Assembly: GCA_963422735.1 (NCBI GenBank) | Contig: OY730476.1 | Location: forward strand, 2,656,001-2,720,000 | Direction: 5' to 3' | Source of the DNA: Candidatus Latescibacterota bacterium | GTDB taxonomy: Bacteria > Latescibacterota > UBA2968 > UBA8231 | Length of the DNA: 64,000 nt | Shown: positions 10,427 to 19,632 of the stretch, piece after piece | How the letters are laid out: every line of letters starts with the position of its first letter | Numbering within the stretch: the stretch's first letter is position 1 | Program-made: the position numbers and the translations under genes | Notes under the pieces: generated by a model | Databases searched by the model: none | Told to the model about the DNA's origin: nothing | What the model saw: only the letters and a program-made list of their open reading frames with translations

Positions 10427-11198
10427 CGTCTTTTTCCTTTGCCAACGACTTGGGATGAGGGTAGAACGGACAGCGCTTGATCCCCAGTTTTAGAGCCTGC
10501 CAGTGAATAGCGCCAATGACTTTTGTCGTTATCAGCGGATACTGCACCAGTACCCGCGCTAGCACCGCCGCGCTTATTTCCCGCCGCCGCAGCACTAGAG
10601 TCGCATCGAATAAATGGCGGCCATCCTGCCAATTGTCCATATGTACCACCAGCGTGCGCCGCGGCGTCGTAAAGCGCCAAGTGTAGTCCTGCTGCATGGC
10701 CATGAAGGGCGAAACGTGGAAAGCCTTGGAGAACTGGTAGCACTTGTGCGCTCCGCCGCCGCGGTCGAGACCTTGGTGCAAGATGTAGCAGTGCTGTTCG
10801 CCCCAAGGGGTATTATTTACTTCTCCCACCACTGTCTCAACGCACCTATCGGCTCGGTCAAAGCAATAGTAAAAGCTGACCGGATTGAAGCCGTACCCGC
10901 CATAGCGCAGGTGAGTTAGCAGGCGGATCGGCCCGTTGGGATAGCGTCCGTTCTCGTCTTTGACCAATTGCCGTACGCAGTCCTCTAGAGGGTGCTGTGG
11001 ATCGCCCAAATGGTCGGCGCGCCGGAAATAGGCCACATTGGGCCGCTCTGACGACCAGAGCCAGCGCCCGTCGAACACGCCGGGCAATTCGGCTAAATCG
11101 AGGTACATCATAAAGAGCCGGTACTCAAAGATGTGGACCACCGGCGCAAAGCGGCGATGCCGCACCCGCCCTTCGTATATGCAGCTATAGCGGCTCAC
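10395..11198 (-). CDS. DUF1365 family protein (UfaO-like)
   Basis: YEGRVRHRRFAP, FNPVSFYYC, EVNNTPWGEQH, KAFHVSPF, IHWQALKL; GTG start overlapping the upstream TGA. Confidence 0.92.
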   Translation of the reverse strand: MSRYSCIYEGRVRHRRFAPVVHIFEYRLFMMYLDLAELPGVFDGRWLWSSERPNVAYFRRADHLGDPQHPLEDCVRQLVKDENGRYPNGPIRLLTHLRYGGYGFNPVSFYYCFDRADRCVETVVGEVNNTPWGEQHCYILHQGLDRGGGAHKCYQFSKAFHVSPFMAMQQDYTWRFTTPRRTLVVHMDNWQDGRHLFDATLVLRRREISAAVLARVLVQYPLITTKVIGAIHWQALKLGIKRCPFYPHPKSLAKEKDDVASGCLPLS

Positions 11199-12457
11199 AA
11201 CGCTTTGCCAAAGCGCCGCGTTACTTCCAAGGCGCTGACGACCCCGTCCTCGTGAAAACCAAATCCCCAATAGGCCCCGCAGTAGTGGATGCGATCAACC
11301 CCGTCAATCCGCTGCCGCTGCTTTTGCGCGGCCACCGAGGTCGGCGAATAGACCGGGTGGTGATAGGTCATGCGGGCGATGATCCGCTCTGGATCAATCT
11401 CTGCAGTGCGGTTGAGGCTGACGCAGAAGGGCCAGCGACTCGCCAAATTTTGGAGGCTATTCATATTGTAAGTGACGGTCGCGGGGCCTCCTGTGTTGGG
11501 TGGAATGTAGTAATTCCAGCTAGCCCAAGCGCGCCGGCGCTTGGGCAACACGGACGCGTCGGTGTGCAGTGCGACATCGTTGGCCTGATATGGCATGGCC
11601 CCCAAAACTTGGCACTCGGCCGGGGTAGGCTCGGCCAATAGCCGCAGCGCTTGATCGCTATGTACGGCCAAGATGACCTCGTCGAAACGCTCGGATTCTC
11701 CGGCTCGGGTACATACTTCTAGCCCTTGGTGCAAACGCCGCACAGAAGCCACAGGGCAATTGACTCGGATGCGTTCTCTAAAGGAGCGGGTCAGTGCCTC
11801 GACGTAGCGCTGCGAGCCTCCTTTGATCGCGCGCCAAGGCGTCCGCCCGCGCACTTGCAAAAAGGCGTGGTTGGCGAAAAACTGGACAAAGTAGCGCACT
11901 GGAAACTCGTACATGCGGTCGGGCAAGGCCGACCACAGCGCCGATCCCAATGGGATGATGTGGTATTGGATAAAAGCCTTGGAATAGCCGTTGTCGGCCA
12001 GATAGTCTCCGAGGGTTGTCAGATCATTGGGATCGCGCAATAATTCCGATGCTGTGCGGTTGAAACGCAGGATGTCGGCCAACATGCGGTAGAACGACGG
12101 CCGCAGCGCATTGCGCCGCTGGGCTAACAGACTGCTCAGCGGCGTACTAGCGTATTCGAGACCAGTGCGGCTGCACTTGACGCTGAAACTCATTTGGGTC
12201 GGCTGGGAAGCCACCCCCAAACGCTGCAATAGGCGATTGAACTGCGGGTAGTTGGGTTCGTTGAAGACGATAAAGCCCGTATCCACCGCATAGGATCGCC
12301 CTTCCTGTTCGACTTCCAAGGTATGGGTATGGCCGCCGATATAATCGTTGGCTTCAAACAGCGTGATGTGGTGATCTGGGTGCAGCAGATAGGCCGCTAC
12401 TAGGCCGGAAATACCGCCTCCCACCACGGCGATGCGCCGACCCTGCGCCGGCTTCAT
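11195..12457 (-). CDS. FAD-dependent oxidoreductase, COG2907/amine-oxidase-like (UfaD-like)
   Basis: IAVVGGGISGL, GGHTHT, VDTGFIVFN, AWASWNY, CGAYWGFGFHEDG. Confidence 0.92.
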   Translation of the reverse strand: MKPAQGRRIAVVGGGISGLVAAYLLHPDHHITLFEANDYIGGHTHTLEVEQEGRSYAVDTGFIVFNEPNYPQFNRLLQRLGVASQPTQMSFSVKCSRTGLEYASTPLSSLLAQRRNALRPSFYRMLADILRFNRTASELLRDPNDLTTLGDYLADNGYSKAFIQYHIIPLGSALWSALPDRMYEFPVRYFVQFFANHAFLQVRGRTPWRAIKGGSQRYVEALTRSFRERIRVNCPVASVRRLHQGLEVCTRAGESERFDEVILAVHSDQALRLLAEPTPAECQVLGAMPYQANDVALHTDASVLPKRRRAWASWNYYIPPNTGGPATVTYNMNSLQNLASRWPFCVSLNRTAEIDPERIIARMTYHHPVYSPTSVAAQKQRQRIDGVDRIHYCGAYWGFGFHEDGVVSALEVTRRFGKAL

Positions 12458-13404
12458 CGCCCGCTAACAGCTCGGTCGTAAACCCGCTCGGGCACCGGCC
12501 TGAGATCGCGTATTATACCGATCCAAGACAGCACTCTGAGCAGGTAGTAGGTCGGATCGAACTCCCACCAGTAAAAACCCTGACGCGCCGACCCTGGATA
12601 ATAATGGTGGTTGTTGTGCCAGCCCTCGCCCATAGTGATGAGGGACAACCAGATATTATTGCGGCTATGGTCTCCGGTGGCAAAGCGGCGGCGGCCAAAA
12701 AGATGGGAGAGAGAATTGATGGTACACGTGCCGTGGAACAAAACGATGGTGGAAATGGAGAAGCCCCAGACGAGCATCTGCCAGCCGCTGGTTTCTAACC
12801 CGGGGAAGCGGCTGCCGCAATACTCCCCCAAGGCGTACATCGTCGCCGCTAGCAAAGTGGGCACGATGATATCGAAGCGGTCGAGAAAGCGCAGTTCGGG
12901 AAAACGGGCCAAGTCGCGCACATTGTACAGGCGGGTGGGGAAATTCGACCGCGAGGTGATCCACAGTACGTGGCTCCACCAAAAGCCGTGCTCTTTGGGC
13001 GAATGCACATCGCTGGCAACATCGGAGTGGCGATGGTGGTGGCGGTGGTGTCCGGCCCACCACAACGGTCCGCGCTGCACCGCTGTATTGCCCAGTACGG
13101 CAAAGAGGAACTGAACGGTCCGCGAGGCTTTGAACGTGCGGTGTGAAAAATAGCGGTGGTAAAAGCCCGTTATGGCAAACATCCGCGTCCAGTAAGCTAC
13201 GAAGGCCACGCCTACGGCTAAGGGGCTCCAGCCGACCCACAAAACCCCTAGGCAACTCAAGTGCAACGCCGCAAAAGGCAGCATGCGCAACCAATCAACC
13301 TGCCGCTCGTCTTCGGCGACCGCGGCAGCAGCAGCTTCATCGCCCTTAAACCAGCGAAGAAAAGCCAACCGCCAACCTTTGACCTCGGTCTCTATATGTC
13401 CCAT
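12454..13404 (-). CDS. Acyl-CoA/acyl-lipid desaturase (delta-9 type)
   Basis: His boxes HRYFSH, HHRHHH and GEGWHNNHH. Confidence 0.93.
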   Translation of the reverse strand: MGHIETEVKGWRLAFLRWFKGDEAAAAAVAEDERQVDWLRMLPFAALHLSCLGVLWVGWSPLAVGVAFVAYWTRMFAITGFYHRYFSHRTFKASRTVQFLFAVLGNTAVQRGPLWWAGHHRHHHRHSDVASDVHSPKEHGFWWSHVLWITSRSNFPTRLYNVRDLARFPELRFLDRFDIIVPTLLAATMYALGEYCGSRFPGLETSGWQMLVWGFSISTIVLFHGTCTINSLSHLFGRRRFATGDHSRNNIWLSLITMGEGWHNNHHYYPGSARQGFYWWEFDPTYYLLRVLSWIGIIRDLRPVPERVYDRAVSGR

Positions 13405-13463
13405 ATATGTCCCATCTGGCCTCTATATGCCAATGCTATTGTCTGAGCTATTGTGAAGACACT

Positions 13464-14459
13464 TTAACCTTGGTCCAGCATGGGCTCTTCGCGCAAAAGA
13501 CTCAAGGAGTCGCGCAAATCGCTCAGATTGGCGAGGGGGACGGCCCCGGCCCGATTGAGAAAACGCCGGTAATGCTGGGCGGCCCGGCCGCCGACCAACA
13601 AGACAATCTCGTCGCCCAGCAGACGGCGCAATTTGATCAACTCGCCGCCTAAATGGGGATCGTCGCCCGGATAGACTATGCTTAGGAGGACGGCCTTAGC
13701 ATCTTTTTGTGCAGCAGCCCCGGCGATTTCCTCGGCCGATAGGTTGGGTCCCAGAAAAGTCGAATTCCAGCCTTCTGACGTAGCCACGACCGAAGCGAGC
13801 AACGCCCCCATCTCGTGCAACTGCCCCGCAGGCGTAGTCGCGACAACGTGGGGAGCGGCCTCCGATACTTGGAAACTGGCCCATATATTGCCGATAAAGC
13901 TGCGCACTACGGCCGAAGCCATATGCTCGTCGGCTACTCGCAAGGTACCCTCCTGCCACATCTGGCCGATGCGCTCCATAAGAGGCTGAACCACTCCTTC
14001 GAGGAGATGCTGTTGGCTCAACGCTATGGAGGCGCGAACCAACTGCTCTTTGAGCAAGACCGCGTCCAGCCCTTGTACTGCGACTAAGGCCCGTTCGAAA
14101 AACTCGCCGGGGTCGCCGCTGCCTTTTCCCTCACCCTCGCCGTTGGTTGCCCTCTGAGCCAACGGCGCAACCGCTCGCTCGGCACGGACTAGTTTCACCA
14201 GTTCGGCAGTTGAGAGACGGGCGATTCGGCTAATGCTTTGTCCGGTCTGCACCGCCTGCTGCAACCACTGCAGGCGTATAATGTCCTCGTCCGAATAAAG
14301 CCGTCTGTTGGTCGCCGTCCGAGCGGGCACCACGGCTCGATAGCGTTTTTCCCAGACGCGAATGACATGAGCCGAAAGCCCGGTCCGCCGTACCGCTACT
14401 TTGATAGGGTGTCCCGGCGTCCATTCCATACGTGTTGAATGCAGATCCTCTGGCTGCAT
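13464..14459 (-). CDS. MerR-family regulator with B12-binding domains (CarH/LitR-type photoreceptor)
   Basis: MerR HTH (IRVWEKRY..PART..RRLYS), W-x9-EH motif (WQEGTLRVADEH), cobalamin ligand motif QLHEMG, SxV and VGG elements. Confidence 0.9.
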   Translation of the reverse strand: MQPEDLHSTRMEWTPGHPIKVAVRRTGLSAHVIRVWEKRYRAVVPARTATNRRLYSDEDIIRLQWLQQAVQTGQSISRIARLSTAELVKLVRAERAVAPLAQRATNGEGEGKGSGDPGEFFERALVAVQGLDAVLLKEQLVRASIALSQQHLLEGVVQPLMERIGQMWQEGTLRVADEHMASAVVRSFIGNIWASFQVSEAAPHVVATTPAGQLHEMGALLASVVATSEGWNSTFLGPNLSAEEIAGAAAQKDAKAVLLSIVYPGDDPHLGGELIKLRRLLGDEIVLLVGGRAAQHYRRFLNRAGAVPLANLSDLRDSLSLLREEPMLDQG

Positions 14460-14617
14460 AAATTGCGCTATCTTCCCTTCTGTTCGACTTGCTGGGAATT
14501 GGGTGTCGCCTCTATGATCAAAACATCATTGACCCCATTCGAGGAGAACGCAAGTGCAGTACAACAGATAAGCGATTTTGCCTATTTCCACAAACTCCCA
14601 CGTCTTCGTTGCAAAGC

Positions 14618-14657
14618 AAAAAAGCCGCAGCAAACAAAAAAGAAGGTTCGCTGCGGC
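14618..14657 (-). terminator. Intrinsic terminator after the fasciclin gene
   Basis: GCCGCAGC/GCTGCGGC stem followed on the minus strand by a T6 tract. Confidence 0.65.
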
Positions 14658-14680
14658 CTTCTTAATCGGAGTTCACTGGC

Positions 14681-15226
14681 TTAGCGAAGCTGCTTGACGG
14701 TCCCCCAACTACTGCTCTCGACAGCGGTGGCAGGCGAAGCAGGCGGAGGCAGGAGCACCGCATCAATGATGTGGATTACGCCATTACTGGCGGCCACGTC
14801 AGCTTGGACGACATTGGCATTGTTGATCATCACGCCGCTGTCGCTGACGCTGATATTGCTCGAGGCACCATTGAGGGTGGTGACCGAATCCAGCTCTACT
14901 ACGTCGGCGGCCAACACCGAACCAGAGACGACGTGATAAAGCAGGATGGAGGTCAGCAGTTCCTTATTCTCGGGCAACAGCAGCGACTCAAGGGTGCCCT
15001 CTGGCAAAGCGGCGAAGGCCTCGTCAGTGGGGGCGAAGACGGTGAAGGGGCCTTCGCCCTTGAGCACGTCGATTAGTTCCGCGGCTTGAACCGCGGCGAC
15101 CAGCGTGTTAAAAATGCCAGCCCCGATGGCAACACCGACGATGTCCTCGTCGTCCTGAGCTTGCGCTGGGCCTGCCCAAGACGAAAGTGCCAGTGCCATG
15201 ATCGTGGCAACACGGGTGATATTCAT
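14681..15226 (-). CDS. Secreted fasciclin (FAS1) domain protein with short C-terminal [12 protein letters not shown] tail
   Basis: AGGAGG RBS, signal peptide ending [16 protein letters not shown] and [14 protein letters not shown]1 motifs. Confidence 0.93.
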   Translation of the reverse strand: MNITRVATIMALALSSWAGPAQAQDDEDIVGVAIGAGIFNTLVAAVQAAELIDVLKGEGPFTVFAPTDEAFAALPEGTLESLLLPENKELLTSILLYHVVSGSVLAADVVELDSVTTLNGASSNISVSDSGVMINNANVVQADVAASNGVIHIIDAVLLPPPASPATAVESSSWGTVKQLR

Positions 15227-15272
15227 ACGATTTCCTCCTAATATGAAGGTGTAAGGAGCCGCTTTAGGCATC

Positions 15273-15324
15273 CATTGTAAAATGATTGTCTAATTATTGT
15301 AATGATATGTCGATTATTTGTCAA
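15273..15324 (-). promoter_or_regulatory. Sigma70 promoter overlapped by a CarH/LitR-type tandem-repeat operator
   Basis: Minus strand TTGACA-N17-TACAAT (15324-15296); ACA cores at 11/11/10/11-bp spacing (plus-strand TGT at 15276, 15287, 15298, 15308, 15319). Confidence 0.8.
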
Positions 15325-15675
15325 CATATTTCTATAATTTTTTCAACAAAATTTTGACAATCAGTTAATCCTCGATATTATCGCAGGGACTTTTAGTGCG
15401 GCTGGGTTACGGGCTGGCACGTATCCGGTGAGACGCAAAGGGGGCCCACCTTTCGGATGCATCTATCCGTAGTTTCAACCGTTCGTCTGTGGGGAGACGG
15501 GCGATTCGGCCAATGTTGTCCGGTTTGCACAGCCTGCTGCACCACTGTCGGCGTGCGATAACAGACAATTACTGCCATAGATTTGTAAATAGAGATCGGG
15601 CAGTAGGATGAATTCCAACGCGTCGCGCTTGCCTACTTCCTTGGTCTTGAATCACCACCAAGACCATTCTCGCTG

Positions 15676-17841
15676 CTAAAAAGAGAAATTGAAGCCCAAG
15701 CTGGGAATTATGGGCAATTGTCTGATCTTGCGCGGGTCGATTTCGCGATTGACCAAATCAAGCTGCAAAAACCACTCGTTGCGGCGGCTGTACACATTGA
15801 ATATCTGCACGTAGAACTCGCTGTCGGCTCCCCACAACTCGAACGACCGACTGGTGCTGACATCGAGGCGATGATAGGGCAGCAGGCGGGCACTGTTGCG
15901 CTGGGCAGGTGACGCGGAAACCGGCGTAAATGCTTGCCCGGTGGCGTACACCAAGCTCGCGCCGAGCCGCCATGCGCCCACCTTGTAGGAGGCGACAAAA
16001 GACAGGTCGTGGCGGCGGTCGTGCTTGGATGGAAAGGGCCGGCCGGCGTTGAGTTCGGGGAACGTCCGCCGCGTCCAACTCAGCGCGTAGCCGATCCACC
16101 CGGTGAGTGCGCCGGTGCGCCGCTGCCAAAACACCTCCAGCCCGCTCGCCCAGCCCGTGCCGCCGCTTTTGAACATCGCGTCCGAGTGCGTATCCTCGTT
16201 GTCATCAGCCACTTGGGTATCCACTGTCACTAGGTTGGCAAGGTCTGTGTAATAGGCCTCCACAGAAAGCTGGTAGCGCTGCGAAGGGGTCCACTCGACA
16301 CCGGAGACGGCCTGATAGGAGTGCCCCGGCTCGACGGTGCTGTCGAGCGGAGCCCAGAAATCGCCGCCGCTGAAGGCTTCAGTGGCGATCAGTTGTAGGT
16401 GTTGGCGGTACATCCCGCCGGCGGCTTTGACCCGGATTTTGTCGCTCAACGCCCGGCTCAGGGACAGTCGCGGTGCGAAATGCCAGCGGTTGCCTTCGCT
16501 GAAGTACGTCCCCCGCCCGCCTAGCTGCACCCGCGTGGTTGGCCCGAGCCGCCACTCGTCCTGCACGTAACCTTCCAACAGCACCGGCTCTTGCCGCAAG
16601 TCGAGCTGATTCCGCTTGTTGAAAGACCGGGCAAAGTGAAACTCAAATAGGGTGGCCCAAAAGCCCAAGGAAAGCGTGTGATAGCGATTGGCGAAGTAAT
16701 CCAAGTCGCCTTTGAACGACAGGTCGCGGATGCGGTTGGCGATGCGGATGGGCGCGTCGAGAAAGCGGAACGCGATGATGCTTTCGTATGACGAGCCGGC
16801 GGCCATGAGGTGGCCGAACAAGGCAGGCGAGAACACGTGCGTCCAACGCGCAGTCAGCGCGCGATTGCCCCAGCGCAGATCGACGAAGGACTCTTCATCG
16901 TCTTCTAGGTCAATCCGCAGGTCGTCTTGTCCCCAGTACGCGCTCGCAGCGTAGGTGTTGTCGCCCCGCCGCTGGTTGACTTTGCCGTTGAGGTCGTAGA
17001 AGTAATAGTTCAAGGGGATGTCCACCCCGCTAGAGCGGATGGCGCTGAGCACGGGTTCGAGGTACGTGCGGCGACCAGCTAGCATCCACGAGCCTTGGCC
17101 GACGGGTCCCTCGGTGAGCAAGCGGCCTGAAATTAGACTCACGCCGCCGCGCCCGCTAGTGCGCTTGCGGTTGCCCTCGCGGTTGCTCACGTCGAGCACC
17201 GCCCCGAGCGTGCGGCCGTACGCAGCCGGATAGGCTCCCTTGTACAGATTGGCCTCCTTAATTGCGTCCGGGTTAAAGGCCGAGAAGATGCCGAAGAGGT
17301 GGGAAGGATTGTACAGCGAAATGTCGTCGAGGAGGATGGCCGTCTGGTCCGGGCCGCCACCACGCACGTACAAGCCGCTGCTGACATCCGAAACCGCTTG
17401 GATGCCCGGCAACAGCTGCAAGCTGCGCAAGAGATCGGCCTCGCCGAGGGCGGGCAACTGCTGCACCGGCTTGACGCGGAGACTGATGCGCTCGGCCTCC
17501 ACCGAGACCTCCTCGCCCATGTCCACCGGCTTGGGCATCAGCGCCAAGTTGAGTCGCACGGCCTCGTCCGCGCCAAAGTGCAGCGTGTCCCACCGGGTCT
17601 GGTAGCCTATGTGCGACGCGCTCACCACGTGCGTACCCGCCGGCACTTGCTTGATTGCGTAGTAGCCGCTGTTGTTGCTGACCGCCCCGAGCTGAAGCCC
17701 TTCCACCGCGACAGCGGCGCGGCTCAGGACTTCGCCGTTGTCGGCATCGGTGACAAAGCCGCTCAGGGTCGCCGCCTGTGCTATCCCTGCCGATAGCAGC
17801 CACGCCGCCAGCACTCGCCTACATTTTTTTTGCAATCCCAC
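15676..17841 (-). CDS. TonB-dependent receptor, close paralogue of 5008..7248
   Basis: Long near-identical stretches with the first receptor (GEADLLRSLQLLPGIQ, GVDIPLNYYFYD, terminal LGFNFSF). Confidence 0.92.
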   Translation of the reverse strand: MGLQKKCRRVLAAWLLSAGIAQAATLSGFVTDADNGEVLSRAAVAVEGLQLGAVSNNSGYYAIKQVPAGTHVVSASHIGYQTRWDTLHFGADEAVRLNLALMPKPVDMGEEVSVEAERISLRVKPVQQLPALGEADLLRSLQLLPGIQAVSDVSSGLYVRGGGPDQTAILLDDISLYNPSHLFGIFSAFNPDAIKEANLYKGAYPAAYGRTLGAVLDVSNREGNRKRTSGRGGVSLISGRLLTEGPVGQGSWMLAGRRTYLEPVLSAIRSSGVDIPLNYYFYDLNGKVNQRRGDNTYAASAYWGQDDLRIDLEDDEESFVDLRWGNRALTARWTHVFSPALFGHLMAAGSSYESIIAFRFLDAPIRIANRIRDLSFKGDLDYFANRYHTLSLGFWATLFEFHFARSFNKRNQLDLRQEPVLLEGYVQDEWRLGPTTRVQLGGRGTYFSEGNRWHFAPRLSLSRALSDKIRVKAAGGMYRQHLQLIATEAFSGGDFWAPLDSTVEPGHSYQAVSGVEWTPSQRYQLSVEAYYTDLANLVTVDTQVADDNEDTHSDAMFKSGGTGWASGLEVFWQRRTGALTGWIGYALSWTRRTFPELNAGRPFPSKHDRRHDLSFVASYKVGAWRLGASLVYATGQAFTPVSASPAQRNSARLLPYHRLDVSTSRSFELWGADSEFYVQIFNVYSRRNEWFLQLDLVNREIDPRKIRQLPIIPSLGFNFSF

Positions 17842-17894
17842 CTGTTTGTTATCTCACTGACGCTACGCAGCGGCTTGGCACTGGCCGCCTTAGA

Positions 17895-18070
17895 GAGATG
17901 CTTCGCTTCACCGCGCCTTGTCCTGCCTACTTCACCGTGGCGTGATCTTCGCTGCGCTCAGCATGACCGAGTAGCGAAGGGCCAACCCCTGTCATACTGC
18001 ACGAAGCAAAGCATCTCGTACTGAATTGTGCCTGTCCAAACGAAGGACGCCCACAAGGGGTTGTCCCATA
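17895..18070. repeat. Cluster of nested REP-like palindromic elements
   Basis: GAGATGCTTCGCTTC..CTCAGCATGAC pairs imperfectly with GTCATACTGCACGAAGCAAAGCATCTC; partial copies near 300 and 22335; degenerate CCCACAAGGG REP at about 18045. Confidence 0.55.
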
Positions 18071-18250
18071 AATGCGATCGACGTATTCAGGGCTTATGAG
18101 ATGGCTTGTAGAGAAACATATCGAGATATTGCGCGAGTTGCACCCTTGCTACGACCCGACGAGCTGCCAAGATCGGCCGCGCCCTATGCCTGCCTTTTGG
18201 GACTTTGTATCTTCAGGGCCTTGCCATTACTACATTCAAAGGACGGATCC

Positions 18251-19585
18251 ATGACCACCGACAGCATTTTCCACCGCGTCATTACCGATGATTGGCCGCA
18301 GATTTCCCACGGCAAAGACTGCTACCTCTACGCCGAAGACGGTCGCGCCTATCTCGATGCCTGCGCTGGCGTCCACGTGATCTCCATCGGCCACGGCGTC
18401 CCGGAGATAGCTGCGGTCATGCAGGAGCAGGCGAACAAGGTCTGCTTTACTTACGCTCGCTTCCTCACCCAACCGCAAATCGACCTCGCCGCCAAAGTCG
18501 CTGCCATGGCCCCCGGCGATCTCAACCGCGTCTTCTTCGTCTCCGGCGGCTCCGAAGCCACCGAGTCCGCGCTCAAGATCGCCCGCAAGTACCACGTCGA
18601 GACCGGCAACCCGAAGAAGTACAAAGTCATCACCCGCTGGCAGAGCTGGCACGGCAACACCATCGGCGCGCTTTCGATGTCGGGACGCTCCACTTGGCGC
18701 GAAGACTACGTGCCCTACTTGCTCGACTTCCCGCACATCACCTTTCCCCACCCGGAGCACTGCCCGTACTGCCAGGACCGGCCCGCCTGTACGCTGGCCT
18801 GTGCCGAAGAGTTGGAGCGGGTCATCAAACAGGAGGGCAGCGAGTACATCGCCGCCTTCATCGCCGAGCCGATCTCGGGTACTTCTTGCTGCGGCCTGAT
18901 GCCGCCGCCCTCCTACTTCCCCACCGTCCGCGCAATCTGCGACCGCTACAACATCCTGATGATTATCGACGAAGTCGTCACCGGCTACGGACGCACGGGT
19001 CTCAACTTTGGCATTGAGCACTGGGACGCCATTCCAGATATCATGGCCACCGGCAAGGGCCTCAGCAGCGGGTACACGCCCATTGCCGCCACCCTGGTCC
19101 GCGACGAGATCTACGACGGGATCTACAAACGGCAAAACCACTATGTCCACGGGCATACTTACGGCGGCAATCCGCTCTCTTGCGCGATTGCTCTCGCCGT
19201 GCAGGATTACATCCAAGCCCACGAACTAGTCGCTCGCTGCGCGCAGATGGGCGACCTGATGCTGGAGAAGATGCAGCCCTTAATGGACTCGCCCATAGTC
19301 GGCGCGGTGCGCGGCAAGGGCCTGCTCACTGGCGTAGAGTTCGCAAAGGACAAGGCGCCCCACACGCCCTTTGACCCCGCTCAGGGCGTGTCTGCCGCGG
19401 TCGTCAATCGCGCCTTTGCCAAAGGTGTGCTCATTATGCCCGGGTCGCCCGGGTTAATTGACGGCGTCAGCGGCGACCACATTGCCATCAGTCCGCCCTT
19501 TACCATTAGCGAAGAACAGGTCGAGGAAGTGGCACAGGTAATCGCGGATGTGGTTGGAGAAATGGAACGGGAGTTGGGATACTGA
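18251..19585 (+). CDS. Class III PLP-dependent aminotransferase
   Basis: FFVSGGSEATE, SWHGNT, IAEPI, DEVVTGYGRTG, TGKGLSSGY, HGHTYGGNP. Confidence 0.93.
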   Translation: MTTDSIFHRVITDDWPQISHGKDCYLYAEDGRAYLDACAGVHVISIGHGVPEIAAVMQEQANKVCFTYARFLTQPQIDLAAKVAAMAPGDLNRVFFVSGGSEATESALKIARKYHVETGNPKKYKVITRWQSWHGNTIGALSMSGRSTWREDYVPYLLDFPHITFPHPEHCPYCQDRPACTLACAEELERVIKQEGSEYIAAFIAEPISGTSCCGLMPPPSYFPTVRAICDRYNILMIIDEVVTGYGRTGLNFGIEHWDAIPDIMATGKGLSSGYTPIAATLVRDEIYDGIYKRQNHYVHGHTYGGNPLSCAIALAVQDYIQAHELVARCAQMGDLMLEKMQPLMDSPIVGAVRGKGLLTGVEFAKDKAPHTPFDPAQGVSAAVVNRAFAKGVLIMPGSPGLIDGVSGDHIAISPPFTISEEQVEEVAQVIADVVGEMERELGY

Positions 19586-19632
19586 GGCAGAAAAAACGCC
19601 GCGCACAACATTCCCCTATGAGGAGGATTGCC

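Noticed and set aside
15330-15675. Cobalamin riboswitch near the B12-binding regulator and TonB receptors
   Set aside because: No recognisable B12-box or conserved core motifs.
18236-19222. Long antisense ORFs (for example 18236..19222, 19381..20280, 32111..32992, 52089..52997 alternative frame)
   Set aside because: Shadow ORFs of well-supported genes in GC-rich DNA, with no protein motifs.
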